Shown piece by piece: positions 18,334 through 28,407 of a stretch of DNA of 63,199 nt; position 1 is the first letter of the stretch, and each line of letters begins with the position of its first letter. The stretch comes from Lachnospiraceae bacterium. Its GTDB lineage: Bacteria > Bacillota > Clostridia > Lachnospirales > Lachnospiraceae. The stretch covers positions 1-63,199 of the forward strand of contig JAGBOJ010000008.1 of assembly GCA_017633935.1 (NCBI GenBank). The letters are read 5' to 3'. Position numbers and translations under genes: made by a program. The notes under the pieces are model-generated. The model had not been told where the DNA came from. It searched no databases and was given only the letters and a program-made list of their open reading frames with translations.

Positions 18334-19549
18334 AGGTATCGCCGCAGTTTTCATAGGAATAAACACACTCCTGCTCGTTGTGCTGATCGTGGCGGGGGTA
18401 AATTATGAAAACAGGAAAAAGACAGATGCCGGGCAGGAGGAGCAGACAGAGGAGACTGCGGGAGTTCCGGTGGAATATAAGACAGAGGTATCGGAGCTTA
18501 CGCTTTCGGATGTGGCAACCGAAGTCAGGGATGAAGTCGATGATAAGGATGAATATTCTTCAGAGGATTACCTGCTGCTGCTCACCTCGGTTGCGGGGGA
18601 TATGCTGATAAGGATAATGGATCATACAGGAACGCCGGCATCCGGAAACCACTGGCAGGCAACGGTAGAGGATGAATCGGGACGGGATGCCGTATACTAT
18701 GATGACGATATGGACGGCAGCATATATCTTTCCGAATTAAAGCCCGGAAAATATGAGGTTGCGGTGGGCGGAGTCGGAAGATCCTCAATAAACATCAGAA
18801 ATATGATCCGTTTTACCGCCGTAAACGATATCAGAAAAATCGTGGTGGATGAGTCTTCGATCGATGCGTCGAAGGAAGATACCGCCGTAAATGAAGAGGC
18901 AAGGGCAGAAGAGGACGGACCTTCAAATACAGAGTACGATCTTTCGGGCGGTACCATCGGAATAGATGTATCCAAATATCAAAAGGATATAGACTGGAAA
19001 AAGGTCAGGGCAGCCGGCGTGGAATATGCCATAATAAGGGCAGGCTACAGGGGATCGTCGACAGGGGTTCTCGTAAAGGACCCGTATTTTGACAGAAATA
19101 TCGTGGGCGCGAAGGAAGCGGGGATAAAGCTTGGTATATATTTCTTTTCGCAGGCGGTAAATACCGATGAAGCTGTGGAAGAAGCTATGGCTGCAGCTTC
19201 TCTTATAGGGGCGGATGAGCTTACCCTTCCGGTATATCTGGATGTGGAAAGCAGCGGCTCGGTAAACGGCAGGGCAGACGGACTGGATGTCGCCGCAAGG
19301 ACGGAGATAATACGTACCTTTTGCGAAACCTTAAACAGCATGGGCTATAAGGCCGGTGTATATGCCAATAAAACATGGCTGACAAATAAGATAGACACTT
19401 CTAAGCTTGAAGATTACGATATCTGGCTTGCGCAGTACAGGATGACGGCACCGGACTATCAGGGAAGGTATTCGATCTGGCAGTACACATCAAAGGGAAC
19501 GGTAGACGGCATAACGGGCTATGTGGACATGGATCTCGTTATGAATTGA
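18323..19549 (+). CDS. Membrane-anchored GH25 lysozyme/muramidase
   Basis: N-terminal TM, acidic stalk, C-terminal GH25 domain ([30 protein letters not shown]). Confidence 0.88.
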   Translation: MGYKGIAAVFIGINTLLLVVLIVAGVNYENRKKTDAGQEEQTEETAGVPVEYKTEVSELTLSDVATEVRDEVDDKDEYSSEDYLLLLTSVAGDMLIRIMDHTGTPASGNHWQATVEDESGRDAVYYDDDMDGSIYLSELKPGKYEVAVGGVGRSSINIRNMIRFTAVNDIRKIVVDESSIDASKEDTAVNEEARAEEDGPSNTEYDLSGGTIGIDVSKYQKDIDWKKVRAAGVEYAIIRAGYRGSSTGVLVKDPYFDRNIVGAKEAGIKLGIYFFSQAVNTDEAVEEAMAAASLIGADELTLPVYLDVESSGSVNGRADGLDVAARTEIIRTFCETLNSMGYKAGVYANKTWLTNKIDTSKLEDYDIWLAQYRMTAPDYQGRYSIWQYTSKGTVDGITGYVDMDLVMN

Positions 19550-19571
19550 AGATAATATAAGGAGCGTAACA

Positions 19572-20135
19572 ATGGGAAAACTTACTGTACAAACGTGTGA
19601 AATAGAGGGCGTAAAGGTAATAACACCGCAGGTCTTCGGGGACGAAAGAGGGTATTTTATGGAGTCCTACAATTATAACGACTTCAAGGCTGCGGGTATC
19701 GATACGGTATTCGTGCAGGATAATCAGTCCTCGTCCACAAAGGGCGTGCTGAGAGGAATGCATTTTCAGATAGAACATCCCCAGGACAAGCTGGTTAGGG
19801 TTATAAACGGAAGGGTTTTTGATGTCGTGATCGATCTCAGAAAGGGTTCGGGAACCTACGGAAAATGGTTCGGTGAAGAGCTTTCGGCTGAAAACAAAAA
19901 GCAGCTGTTCATACCAAAGGGTTTTGCTCACGGTTTTCTTGTCCTTTCGGACACGGCTGAATTTGCCTATAAATGCAGTGATTTTTATCATCCCGGAGAC
20001 GAGGGCGGCATAAGATATGATGATCCGGATGTCGGTATCAGATGGAAGGAAATAGAAAGCCTTAAGCTCAATATAAATGACAGGGATAGAAACTGGCAGG
20101 GACTTAAGGAATACAGCGCGGAGCACGGACTTTGA
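19572..20135 (+). CDS. rmlC: dTDP-4-dehydrorhamnose 3,5-epimerase
   Basis: FGDERGYF, QDNQS, LRGMHFQ and GFAHGF. Confidence 0.96.
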   Translation: MGKLTVQTCEIEGVKVITPQVFGDERGYFMESYNYNDFKAAGIDTVFVQDNQSSSTKGVLRGMHFQIEHPQDKLVRVINGRVFDVVIDLRKGSGTYGKWFGEELSAENKKQLFIPKGFAHGFLVLSDTAEFAYKCSDFYHPGDEGGIRYDDPDVGIRWKEIESLKLNINDRDRNWQGLKEYSAEHGL

Positions 20136-21109
20136 ATATGACTGCGAAAAAAAAGATCATTACGGTCACGGCGGTAATAGTCGTATTGAGCATAGCATAT
20201 ATAATCCTGCACAGAAATCCGTTTGCAGATCCGGCGCAGGAGAATATAAAAAAAGCCGTATCGGTGTTCCTTCTTTTGGGAGCCTTTACGGTATTCAGCA
20301 GGTTTTACGACAGGATCACGATACTGCCGGTAGAGCTTTATCAGAATAAGGATCTTATCTGGAAGCTGGCAAAAAATGATTTCAAGTCACAGTTTGCGGG
20401 CTCCTATATGGGAATAGTATGGGCATTTGTGCAGCCGATGGTTACGGTCCTTGTATACTGGTTTGTATTTACCATCGGAGGAAGGGCACCGGCTACCGAT
20501 ACCGGTTACCCTTTTGTACTCTGGCTTATAGTGGGCATAGTACCATGGTTTTTCTTCTCGGATGCGCTGGGACAGGGGACGGGCTCACTTCTTGCCTATC
20601 AGTTTCTTGTAAAGAAGGTGGTATTTAAGATAAGCATACTGCCTATCATAAAGATAATCTCTACCGCCTTCATTCATGTATTCCTTGTGGGGATAACACT
20701 TCTGCTGCTGATCATAAACGGATATTACCCCAATATATACTGGATACAGATAATATATTTTTCCTTCTGCGATTTTGCGCTTGTACTTGGTATCAGCTAT
20801 ATTACATGCTCCGTGGTCGTCTTTTTCAGGGATCTCGGACAGATAATAAGCATAGCCTTACAGGTTGGGGTGTGGATTACGCCCATAATGTGGAATATAG
20901 AATCCCTGTCAAGACCCATGCAGATATTGTTCAAATTAAATCCCGTATTCTATGTGGTCGACGGATACAGGATGGCGCTCATAAATAAGATGTGGTTCTG
21001 GCAGCATTTTTATTCCACCGCGTATTTCTGGATATTTACCGTGGTAATGTTTCTTTGCGGGGCTCTGGTATTCAAGAGGCTTAAGGTGCATTTTGCGGAC
21101 ATTCTTTAA
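20132..21109 (+). CDS. wzm: ABC-2 polysaccharide export permease with an N-terminal extension
   Basis: LAKNDFKSQFAGSYMGIVWAFVQP, FFRDLGQ, TPIMW, LNP and HFADIL. Confidence 0.9.
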   Translation: MNMTAKKKIITVTAVIVVLSIAYIILHRNPFADPAQENIKKAVSVFLLLGAFTVFSRFYDRITILPVELYQNKDLIWKLAKNDFKSQFAGSYMGIVWAFVQPMVTVLVYWFVFTIGGRAPATDTGYPFVLWLIVGIVPWFFFSDALGQGTGSLLAYQFLVKKVVFKISILPIIKIISTAFIHVFLVGITLLLLIINGYYPNIYWIQIIYFSFCDFALVLGISYITCSVVVFFRDLGQIISIALQVGVWITPIMWNIESLSRPMQILFKLNPVFYVVDGYRMALINKMWFWQHFYSTAYFWIFTVVMFLCGALVFKRLKVHFADIL

Positions 21110-21123
21110 GGGATTATAAAACG

Positions 21124-22422
21124 ATGGCTGAAGAAGAAGTAATAAAGGTAGATCACCTCGACAAAATGTATAAGCTGTATGACAGACAGAGGGACCGCTT
21201 AAGGGATTCTCTCGGTCTTACAAGGCATAAGCTTTATCACGAGCACTATGCCCTTAAGGATGTGAGCCTGTCGATCAATAAGGGTGAGACCGTCGGGATA
21301 ATAGGTACAAACGGATCGGGAAAATCCACGATATTAAAGATAATAACCGGAGTCCTTTCCCCGACTGCGGGAGAGGTAAGTATAAAGGGCAGGCTTTCGG
21401 CGCTTTTGGAGCTGGGCGCCGGTTTTAATATGGAGTTTACCGGTATCGAAAATGTATATCTTAACGGTACCATGAGCGGATTTTCAAAAGAGGAGATAGA
21501 CGAGAGGCTTGAGGACATACTGAAATTTGCAGATATAGGTGAATTTGTGAATCAGAAGGTAAAAACCTATTCAAGCGGTATGTTTGTAAGGCTTGCTTTT
21601 GCGGTAGCCATAAATATAGACCCGGAGATACTTATAGTGGACGAGGCGCTATCCGTGGGGGATGTCTTTTTCCAGAACAAATGCTACCATAAATTTGAAG
21701 AATTCAAGGCACAGAAAAAAACGATCCTTTTTGTAAGCCATGATCTTTCCAGTATCAGCAAATACTGTGACAGGGTGATCCTGCTCGATAAGGGGAAAAA
21801 GCTTGCCGAGGGAAATCCGAAAGAGATCATAGATATGTACAAGAAGGTCCTTGTCCATCAGATGGACTCGGATATGGTTAAAAGCGAGACCGTGGATAAA
21901 GAGGGAAATCTGGTGGAGTCTAAGGACGGCGGGAAAAACGCATGGAAATCGCACCTGACCCTTAATCCCTCAAACGACACCTACGGAAACGGGATCGCAA
22001 GGATAACGGATTTCTGTCTGATAGATAACAGCGGAAATATCACAAATACGGTCATAAAGGGTGACAGCTATACCGTAAAGGTACGGGTTGAGTTTGACGG
22101 AGAGGTCAGCGAGCCTATAATAGCTCTTTCACTGAAAAACCGCATGGGTGTGGAAATTACCGGCACAAATACGATGTTTGAGAAGATCTCGACGGGTGAA
22201 TTTAAAAAGGGCGACAGCATGATCGTGACATTTACGCAGGATATGTACCTGCAGGGAGGGGAATATCTGGTCTCCCTTGGCTGTGTCGGATACAGGGAAG
22301 GGGATTTTACCGTATATCACAGACTGTATGACATATTTAATATTCAGGTTATCTCCTCAAAGGATACGGTAGGTTATTATGATATGAATTCTGATGTGAC
22401 GGTGGACAGGATCAATGGATAA
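21124..22422 (+). CDS. wzt: Polysaccharide ABC exporter ATPase with C-terminal Wzt_C carbohydrate-binding domain
   Basis: GTNGSGKST, YSSGM, DEALSVGD and VSH, plus a ~150-aa beta-rich C-terminal domain. Confidence 0.92.
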   Translation: MAEEEVIKVDHLDKMYKLYDRQRDRLRDSLGLTRHKLYHEHYALKDVSLSINKGETVGIIGTNGSGKSTILKIITGVLSPTAGEVSIKGRLSALLELGAGFNMEFTGIENVYLNGTMSGFSKEEIDERLEDILKFADIGEFVNQKVKTYSSGMFVRLAFAVAINIDPEILIVDEALSVGDVFFQNKCYHKFEEFKAQKKTILFVSHDLSSISKYCDRVILLDKGKKLAEGNPKEIIDMYKKVLVHQMDSDMVKSETVDKEGNLVESKDGGKNAWKSHLTLNPSNDTYGNGIARITDFCLIDNSGNITNTVIKGDSYTVKVRVEFDGEVSEPIIALSLKNRMGVEITGTNTMFEKISTGEFKKGDSMIVTFTQDMYLQGGEYLVSLGCVGYREGDFTVYHRLYDIFNIQVISSKDTVGYYDMNSDVTVDRING

Positions 22423-24601
22423 AACGGAGAAAATCGGAGAGGTTATACTGAACCTGAGCTCTTATTGCGGTAAGGATCTTTACAGTGAGGGTGATGCGGA
22501 GGATGAGCTTTTAAGGATAGTGTCTGAGCATAATGAGGATGAATATAACGGCATTATCGCTTCGAGCAGAAGCTGGAGCACGCTGTATCATCTTTCCGAT
22601 ATCAGGGAAAATATCGCGGATTTCTTAGGGATAAGCAAAAGTGATTCCGTGCTTGAGATCGGCGCGGGTTGCGGCGCGGTCACCGGCGTTTTTGCACGGA
22701 TGGCAAAAAAGGTGACCTGTGTGGAGCTTTCATATAAGAGGAGCCTGATAAATGCCAACCGCCATAAGGATTTTGATAATATTGAGATCATGGTCGGTAA
22801 TTTTCAGGATATCGAAAAAACACTCACCGAAAAATATGATTATATAACCCTTATAGGTGTTCTTGAGTATGCGGGAAGCTATATAGAGGCCGAAGATCCT
22901 TATGAAACACTGCTGAGCCTCTTAAAGCCTCATTTAAAAGAGGGCGGGTGTATTGTCACGGCCATAGAAAATAAATACGGGCTGAAATATTTTGCAGGCT
23001 GCAGGGAGGATCATACCGGCGGCTTTTTCGATGGAATAGAGGGTTATGTGAAAACGGATGCGGTAAGGACCTTCTCTAAAGACGGGCTCTTTAAGCTAGC
23101 CTCAAAGCAGGGCTTTAAGACATATTTTTATTATCCGTATCCGGATTATAAGCTGCCGGTCACGATCTATTCCGATGACAGGCTTCCGGCAGTATCCGAG
23201 CTTTATGACAATGTAAGGAATTTTGATAATGACAGGTTTATTGCTTTCAGTGAGAGCGAGGTTTTTGACGAGCTTATAAGAGAGGGGCAATTTCCCTTCT
23301 TTTCCAATTCATTTCTTGTGCTCATGCGGTACGGAGACAAGGTTGAGGGTATTAAAGAGAGAAAGACCGTTTACAGCAGGCATTCCATAGAAAGGCGTCC
23401 TGAAAGACAGATAAGGACGGATATGGAGCTTACGGAGTCCGGTCAGAAGATCATAGCAAAATACCCTGTAAGCCCCCGGGCAGAGGGTCATCTTGAAAAT
23501 ATGGCACGAGCCTATGAAAGACTCCTTACAGTATTCAGGGAAACCAGATTTAAGCCTAACAGGATGAAGAGGATAAATGACGGGGAAGGACATTTAAGGA
23601 GGCTGGAATTTGAATTCCTTAAAGGGCCGACCCTTTCCGATGAGCTTGGTATCTGCAGGGCCGAAAAAAAGACGGAGGATGCCCTGCTTTTGATAAACAG
23701 TTATTGTGATACATTAAGGAACCTTAATGATATGCAGCCGTTTAAGATGACGGATGAGTTTAAGGAAATGTTCGGTGAGGTCAGTCTGCCCGCGGGACTG
23801 CTTTCCATGCCTGTTACGGATCTGGATCTGACCTTTACGAATCTGATATCGGACAAGGGATGGAATATAATAGATTATGAATGGACCTTTGACTTCCCGA
23901 TACCGGTTGATTTCGTGATCTACAGGGCGATCTACTATTTTACAAGGGATCTTGACGAGGGTGCCTTTGAAGGGGTGGATTTTTTTGTCGAAACGGGTAT
24001 AGGCGGGCAGTTGAAGGAAACCTTTAAAAAAATGGAATATAATTTCCAGATGTATATCAGAGGTGACAGATTTACCCTTCCGGTAATGTATTCCATCATG
24101 GGAAGAGAGACTCTCGAGCTTGACAGAGCCGTTAAGACAGCCCGCCTTACATCAGGCCTTAAAAAGCCGCGGCTGTATTACGATCTGGGCAGGGGATATA
24201 ACGAGCAGGATACGCTTTTTATTGATGCAAAGGTAAAGGATGACTGCATTATACATTTTGAGACGGTCATACCCGAAGGGTGCAGGACACTCCGGATAGA
24301 TCCGATAGATAAAAGGTGTATATTAAGGATAAGGCTCCTTGAAAATGAGGGAAAGAGGAATGAGATATCGGTAAACGGTACGGTGCTGCAGGATAATACG
24401 ATCATTTTTGATACCGTTGATCCGCAGATAATAATAGATGATATAGTGGCGGGCAGAGCTCTTAAGGTGGAATATGAGATATCCATGCTGCCGGAGGATA
24501 TGTTCGAGGATGTTGTCAGATCATATAAAAATGCCGTGAAGCCCGTACGGAGGTTTAGACATAAGAATACGGATAATGGATATGTGAGACTTGTACTATG
24601 A
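22415..24601 (+). CDS. Class I SAM-dependent methyltransferase fused to a kinase-like domain (putative glycan chain terminator)
   Basis: VLEIGAGCG and YDYITLIGVLEY; a central kinase-like stretch EFEFLKGPTLS...DLTFTNLI...IIDYEWTF; C-terminal LRIDP beta-domain. Confidence 0.75.
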   Translation: MDKTEKIGEVILNLSSYCGKDLYSEGDAEDELLRIVSEHNEDEYNGIIASSRSWSTLYHLSDIRENIADFLGISKSDSVLEIGAGCGAVTGVFARMAKKVTCVELSYKRSLINANRHKDFDNIEIMVGNFQDIEKTLTEKYDYITLIGVLEYAGSYIEAEDPYETLLSLLKPHLKEGGCIVTAIENKYGLKYFAGCREDHTGGFFDGIEGYVKTDAVRTFSKDGLFKLASKQGFKTYFYYPYPDYKLPVTIYSDDRLPAVSELYDNVRNFDNDRFIAFSESEVFDELIREGQFPFFSNSFLVLMRYGDKVEGIKERKTVYSRHSIERRPERQIRTDMELTESGQKIIAKYPVSPRAEGHLENMARAYERLLTVFRETRFKPNRMKRINDGEGHLRRLEFEFLKGPTLSDELGICRAEKKTEDALLLINSYCDTLRNLNDMQPFKMTDEFKEMFGEVSLPAGLLSMPVTDLDLTFTNLISDKGWNIIDYEWTFDFPIPVDFVIYRAIYYFTRDLDEGAFEGVDFFVETGIGGQLKETFKKMEYNFQMYIRGDRFTLPVMYSIMGRETLELDRAVKTARLTSGLKKPRLYYDLGRGYNEQDTLFIDAKVKDDCIIHFETVIPEGCRTLRIDPIDKRCILRIRLLENEGKRNEISVNGTVLQDNTIIFDTVDPQIIIDDIVAGRALKVEYEISMLPEDMFEDVVRSYKNAVKPVRRFRHKNTDNGYVRLVL

Positions 24602-26343
24602 TGAGGAAAAGACGAGGTTTTAAAGAAGATATACAAAGGGCTGCCGAACCCTATGAGATATTTATCGATGAAAAAGAAAAATTCAGGGGAGCAAAAGAGG
24701 ATAAGGCACTGACAAATGCCTTTTCGGACAGGTATGAGATCATCAGACCGGAGGGGACGGTAAATGATCCCGATATGATAAAGAGGTTTGCCCACTATGC
24801 GGCTGAGGGCGATTATGATCTGCTTTTCTGCGATGATGACATAGTAAAAAACGGGAAAAGAGTGCGGCCCTTTTTTAAGCCTCCCTTTGCGCCGGAGACG
24901 GCAGAGGCATATGGTAATTATTTTTCCGCAGCGGCGGTAAAAAAGGATATCCTTAAGGACGGAAGGATCAAAATGTCTTATCTGGACCCCGTAAAAGTAA
25001 AGCATATACCGGAGGTCCTGTGCCACTATGTAAAAAGCAGACCGGTAATAAAAAATCCCGCAGACAGGGCAGAGCTTGACTGCAGCATGGCGGACAGTTG
25101 TTCTTTATCGATAGTGATTCTTTCAAAAGACCATCCTGAGCTGTTAAAAATGTGTCTGGAAAGCTTAAGGAAGGCCGATCTTCCGGAGCAGACGGAGGTT
25201 CTGGTCATAGATAACGGCAGCAGCAGGGAAAACCGCACCATATACAGAAAGCTCATAAAGGAAACAGGGGCAGAGTATTTTGTGGCCCCCATGGATTTCA
25301 ATTACTCCAAGCTCAATAATTACGGCGTCAAAAGGACATTCGGAGATTATCTTCTTTTTCTGAATGATGACATCGAGATCCCGGAGGAAAGCGCGGATTT
25401 TGCAAAAAGACTTATCACCTATGCTTCGCGTGAGCACGTCGGAGCGGTGGGAATGAAGCTTTTATACCCGGGAGGAAATCTTATACAGCACTGCGGTATC
25501 ACCCTGCTTAAATCCGGACCCTCACATAAGCTGTGCGGTTATAATGATGATGAAAGCTATTATCACGGTATAAATAAAAGGAATGTAAATTTTCTGGCTG
25601 TGACGGGAGCATGTCTGTGCGTCAAAAGAGAGCTTTTTGAAGGTGAGAACGGCTTTGACGAAAACCTGCCGTTAGCATATAACGACGTGGATCTGTGTGT
25701 GAGATTTGCCGAAAAGGGACTGTACAACGTCTGTATAAACGACACATTTCTGTACCATCATGAATCGGCAAGCCGTAAGGATGACAGGGAGAATGTGGGA
25801 TCGTATTTAAAGCTTAAGGAGTATTCAAGGTATTTTTACGGAAAACACAGGGATTATTTAAAAGACGGAGATCCGTTTTATAATGAAAACCTGACTTTTA
25901 CGGGACTCGATTACAGGATAAATATACCCTTAAGATGGGAAATCAGCGGAGTTGAGAAGGAACCGGTTCTGAAGGATTTCACTGAAAGAAGAACAGGCGA
26001 TGTGATGCGGTCTAATGTGGACTTTGCAGGATACCGCTTAAATGATGCATACGGAAACGAAGATTTCTTTGAGGTATCAGGCTGGATATTTTATGAAAAA
26101 AAGGACGTGGCGCGTTTTGAACCGGCAGTTATGATAGTTAACGGAGATATAACCGCGGTATACAGTGCGGTGAGAGTCTTTAGGCGGGATGTGGAGGAGG
26201 CATTTAAGAAGCAGCTCAATGCATGTATGGCAGGCTTTTATACCCGTATAGCCCATGCTTCACTTGAACGGGAGGGACTTACCGGCAGGCTTCGTATAAT
26301 TCCGGTACTCCTTGACAGAAAAGGAACCGTTTACGTTGAATGA
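24598..26343 (+). CDS. GT2 glycosyltransferase (degenerate N-terminal GT2 plus intact GT2)
   Basis: SIVILSKD, IDNGS, FNYSKLNN, FLNDD, AVTGAC, YNDVDLC and HHESASR. Confidence 0.88.
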   Translation: MMRKRRGFKEDIQRAAEPYEIFIDEKEKFRGAKEDKALTNAFSDRYEIIRPEGTVNDPDMIKRFAHYAAEGDYDLLFCDDDIVKNGKRVRPFFKPPFAPETAEAYGNYFSAAAVKKDILKDGRIKMSYLDPVKVKHIPEVLCHYVKSRPVIKNPADRAELDCSMADSCSLSIVILSKDHPELLKMCLESLRKADLPEQTEVLVIDNGSSRENRTIYRKLIKETGAEYFVAPMDFNYSKLNNYGVKRTFGDYLLFLNDDIEIPEESADFAKRLITYASREHVGAVGMKLLYPGGNLIQHCGITLLKSGPSHKLCGYNDDESYYHGINKRNVNFLAVTGACLCVKRELFEGENGFDENLPLAYNDVDLCVRFAEKGLYNVCINDTFLYHHESASRKDDRENVGSYLKLKEYSRYFYGKHRDYLKDGDPFYNENLTFTGLDYRINIPLRWEISGVEKEPVLKDFTERRTGDVMRSNVDFAGYRLNDAYGNEDFFEVSGWIFYEKKDVARFEPAVMIVNGDITAVYSAVRVFRRDVEEAFKKQLNACMAGFYTRIAHASLEREGLTGRLRIIPVLLDRKGTVYVE

Positions 26344-28406
26344 AGCATATAAAAAACACACCGGACAAGGGGAAGGATATGTCAGAAACAAACAGCAGGG
26401 AAGAATACTATAAAACACTTTACGAAAAAGAAGCTTCAAAAAACGAGGAGCTCTTAAAGGAGCTTACAGCCTTAGAGGAAGAGCATGCCGAGCTGAAAAG
26501 GAAAGTGGATCTTTTAAAAAACAGCATGATCTATAAATCGATAATGCCTTTTCGTATAGCGTGGTCGAAATTCAAGAATGCCGTCATAAGGGTCAGAAGA
26601 TACGGGAAATTAAAAGAGATTATCCGTAAGCTTAAGTCAAAGCGTATAGAAAGGACGGCTTACAGATATCACGGGACAAAAAGCTTTATGACACCCGAAC
26701 AGAGAACTCAGGCGCAAAAGACCGTGTTTAAGAAGGAATATATCTTTTCGATACTTGTCCCGCTGTATAACACACCGGAAAAATTTTTGAGGGAATTTAT
26801 AAGCTCGGTCACGGATCAGGTGTATGGAGGGTGGCAGCTCTGTCTGGCTGACGGCTCCGATGAAGAGCATAAGTATGTCGGAGAGATCGTGGAGGAATAC
26901 AGGAAGGCTGACGGAAAGGACCGGATAAGGTATAAAAAGCTTACCGAAAACAAAGGTATATCCGAGAACACGAATGAATGCTTCTCACTTGCCACGGGAG
27001 ATTTTTACGCGCTGATGGATCATGATGATATACTGCATCCCTCGGCTTTATATGAATTTATGCTGGCGCTTCAGGAGAAGGATGCATATTTTCTGTATTC
27101 CGATGAGGCCACCTTTAAGGGCGACAGCATAGATAATATGATAACAATGCATTTTAAGCCGGACTTTGCGCCGGATAATTTAAGGGCAAACAATTATATA
27201 TGTCATTTCAGCGCGTTCAGAAAAGAACTTGTGGATGAAGCGGGGAAATTCAGGAGAGAATATGACGGCTCGCAGGATCACGACCTGATCTTAAGGCTTA
27301 CAAAAATGGCGGCAAACCGCGGTGACGGAGTTGTGCATGTTCCGAAGGTGCTCTACTACTGGAGATCACATGCAGGCTCTACGGCAGCGGACATAAATGC
27401 AAAGACCTATGCGATAAATGCCGCAAAGAAAGCGGTAGGTTCCCACCTTGAAGGCTGCGGCTTTAAGAATTTTGAGATTGAAAGCACAAAGGCCTTTGCC
27501 ACGATATTCAGGATAAGATATGAGCTTGTAAGAAAGCCTCTGATATCTGTCATCATCCCGAATTCGGAGCATGCAGACGACCTTAGAAGATGTATAAATT
27601 CGATACTGACCAGAACAAGTTATGAAAATTATGAGATAGTCATAGTCGAGAATAACAGTACTTCAAGAGAGATAAGGGAGTATTATGAAGAAGCCGGAAA
27701 GCTTCCGAATGTGACCATAGCCGACTGCGGTAAAAGGGACAGCTTTAATTTCTCATTCCTTATAAATGAAGGGGTGAAAAGCTCAAAAGGGGAATACCTT
27801 GTATTACTGAATAATGATACGGAAGTGATTACCAGAGGATGGCTTCAGGAAATGCTGATGTATGCACAGCGGGACGATGTGGGCGCCGTCGGATGCAAGC
27901 TTTATTATGCCGACTATACCATACAGCATGCGGGGATAGTGCTGGGACTGGGAGCACACAGGACAGCGGGACATATCCACTACAGGCTTGCAAAGGAAAA
28001 TCTCGGATATATGGGAAGGCTCTGCTATGCACAGAATGTAAGTGCCGTAACGGGAGCCTGTCTTATGGTGTCGAAAGCCGACTTTGAAAGTGTCGGCGGT
28101 TTTTCGGAGGAATTTGCGGTAGCATTAAATGATGTGGATTTTTGCCTGAAGCTCAGACAGAAAGGGCTCTTAAACGTATTTACCCCGTTTGCGGAGCTGT
28201 TTCATTATGAATCGCTTTCAAGGGGGAGCGATGTGGAGAAAGCCGAAAAGGAAAAGGCTGACAGGTACGATAAAGAGGCGGAGCATTTCAGGAAAAAGTG
28301 GAAGGATGTGCTTGAAGCAGGAGATCCGTATTTTAATCCGAATTTTTCGCTTGATCACAGCAATTTTACACTGAAGGTTTCACCGGCATCGATGACGGGT
28401 GAGTAG
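26340..28406 (+). CDS. Double-GT2 glycosyltransferase (rhamnosyltransferase-like) with N-terminal coiled coil
   Basis: Two GT2 domains (SILVPLYNT...DHDD...GSQDHD and SVIIPN...LLNND...NDVDFC...HYESLSRG). Alternative start at 26379. Confidence 0.9.
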   Translation: MKHIKNTPDKGKDMSETNSREEYYKTLYEKEASKNEELLKELTALEEEHAELKRKVDLLKNSMIYKSIMPFRIAWSKFKNAVIRVRRYGKLKEIIRKLKSKRIERTAYRYHGTKSFMTPEQRTQAQKTVFKKEYIFSILVPLYNTPEKFLREFISSVTDQVYGGWQLCLADGSDEEHKYVGEIVEEYRKADGKDRIRYKKLTENKGISENTNECFSLATGDFYALMDHDDILHPSALYEFMLALQEKDAYFLYSDEATFKGDSIDNMITMHFKPDFAPDNLRANNYICHFSAFRKELVDEAGKFRREYDGSQDHDLILRLTKMAANRGDGVVHVPKVLYYWRSHAGSTAADINAKTYAINAAKKAVGSHLEGCGFKNFEIESTKAFATIFRIRYELVRKPLISVIIPNSEHADDLRRCINSILTRTSYENYEIVIVENNSTSREIREYYEEAGKLPNVTIADCGKRDSFNFSFLINEGVKSSKGEYLVLLNNDTEVITRGWLQEMLMYAQRDDVGAVGCKLYYADYTIQHAGIVLGLGAHRTAGHIHYRLAKENLGYMGRLCYAQNVSAVTGACLMVSKADFESVGGFSEEFAVALNDVDFCLKLRQKGLLNVFTPFAELFHYESLSRGSDVEKAEKEKADRYDKEAEHFRKKWKDVLEAGDPYFNPNFSLDHSNFTLKVSPASMTGE

Positions 28407-28407
28407 T

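Noticed and set aside
18323-19549. GH25 as a prophage endolysin
   Set aside because: It has a TM anchor, is coupled to rmlA, and there is no holin, integrase or structural phage gene nearby.
24178-25026. 282-aa minus-strand ORF
   Set aside because: Antisense to two well-supported glycan genes; no motifs.
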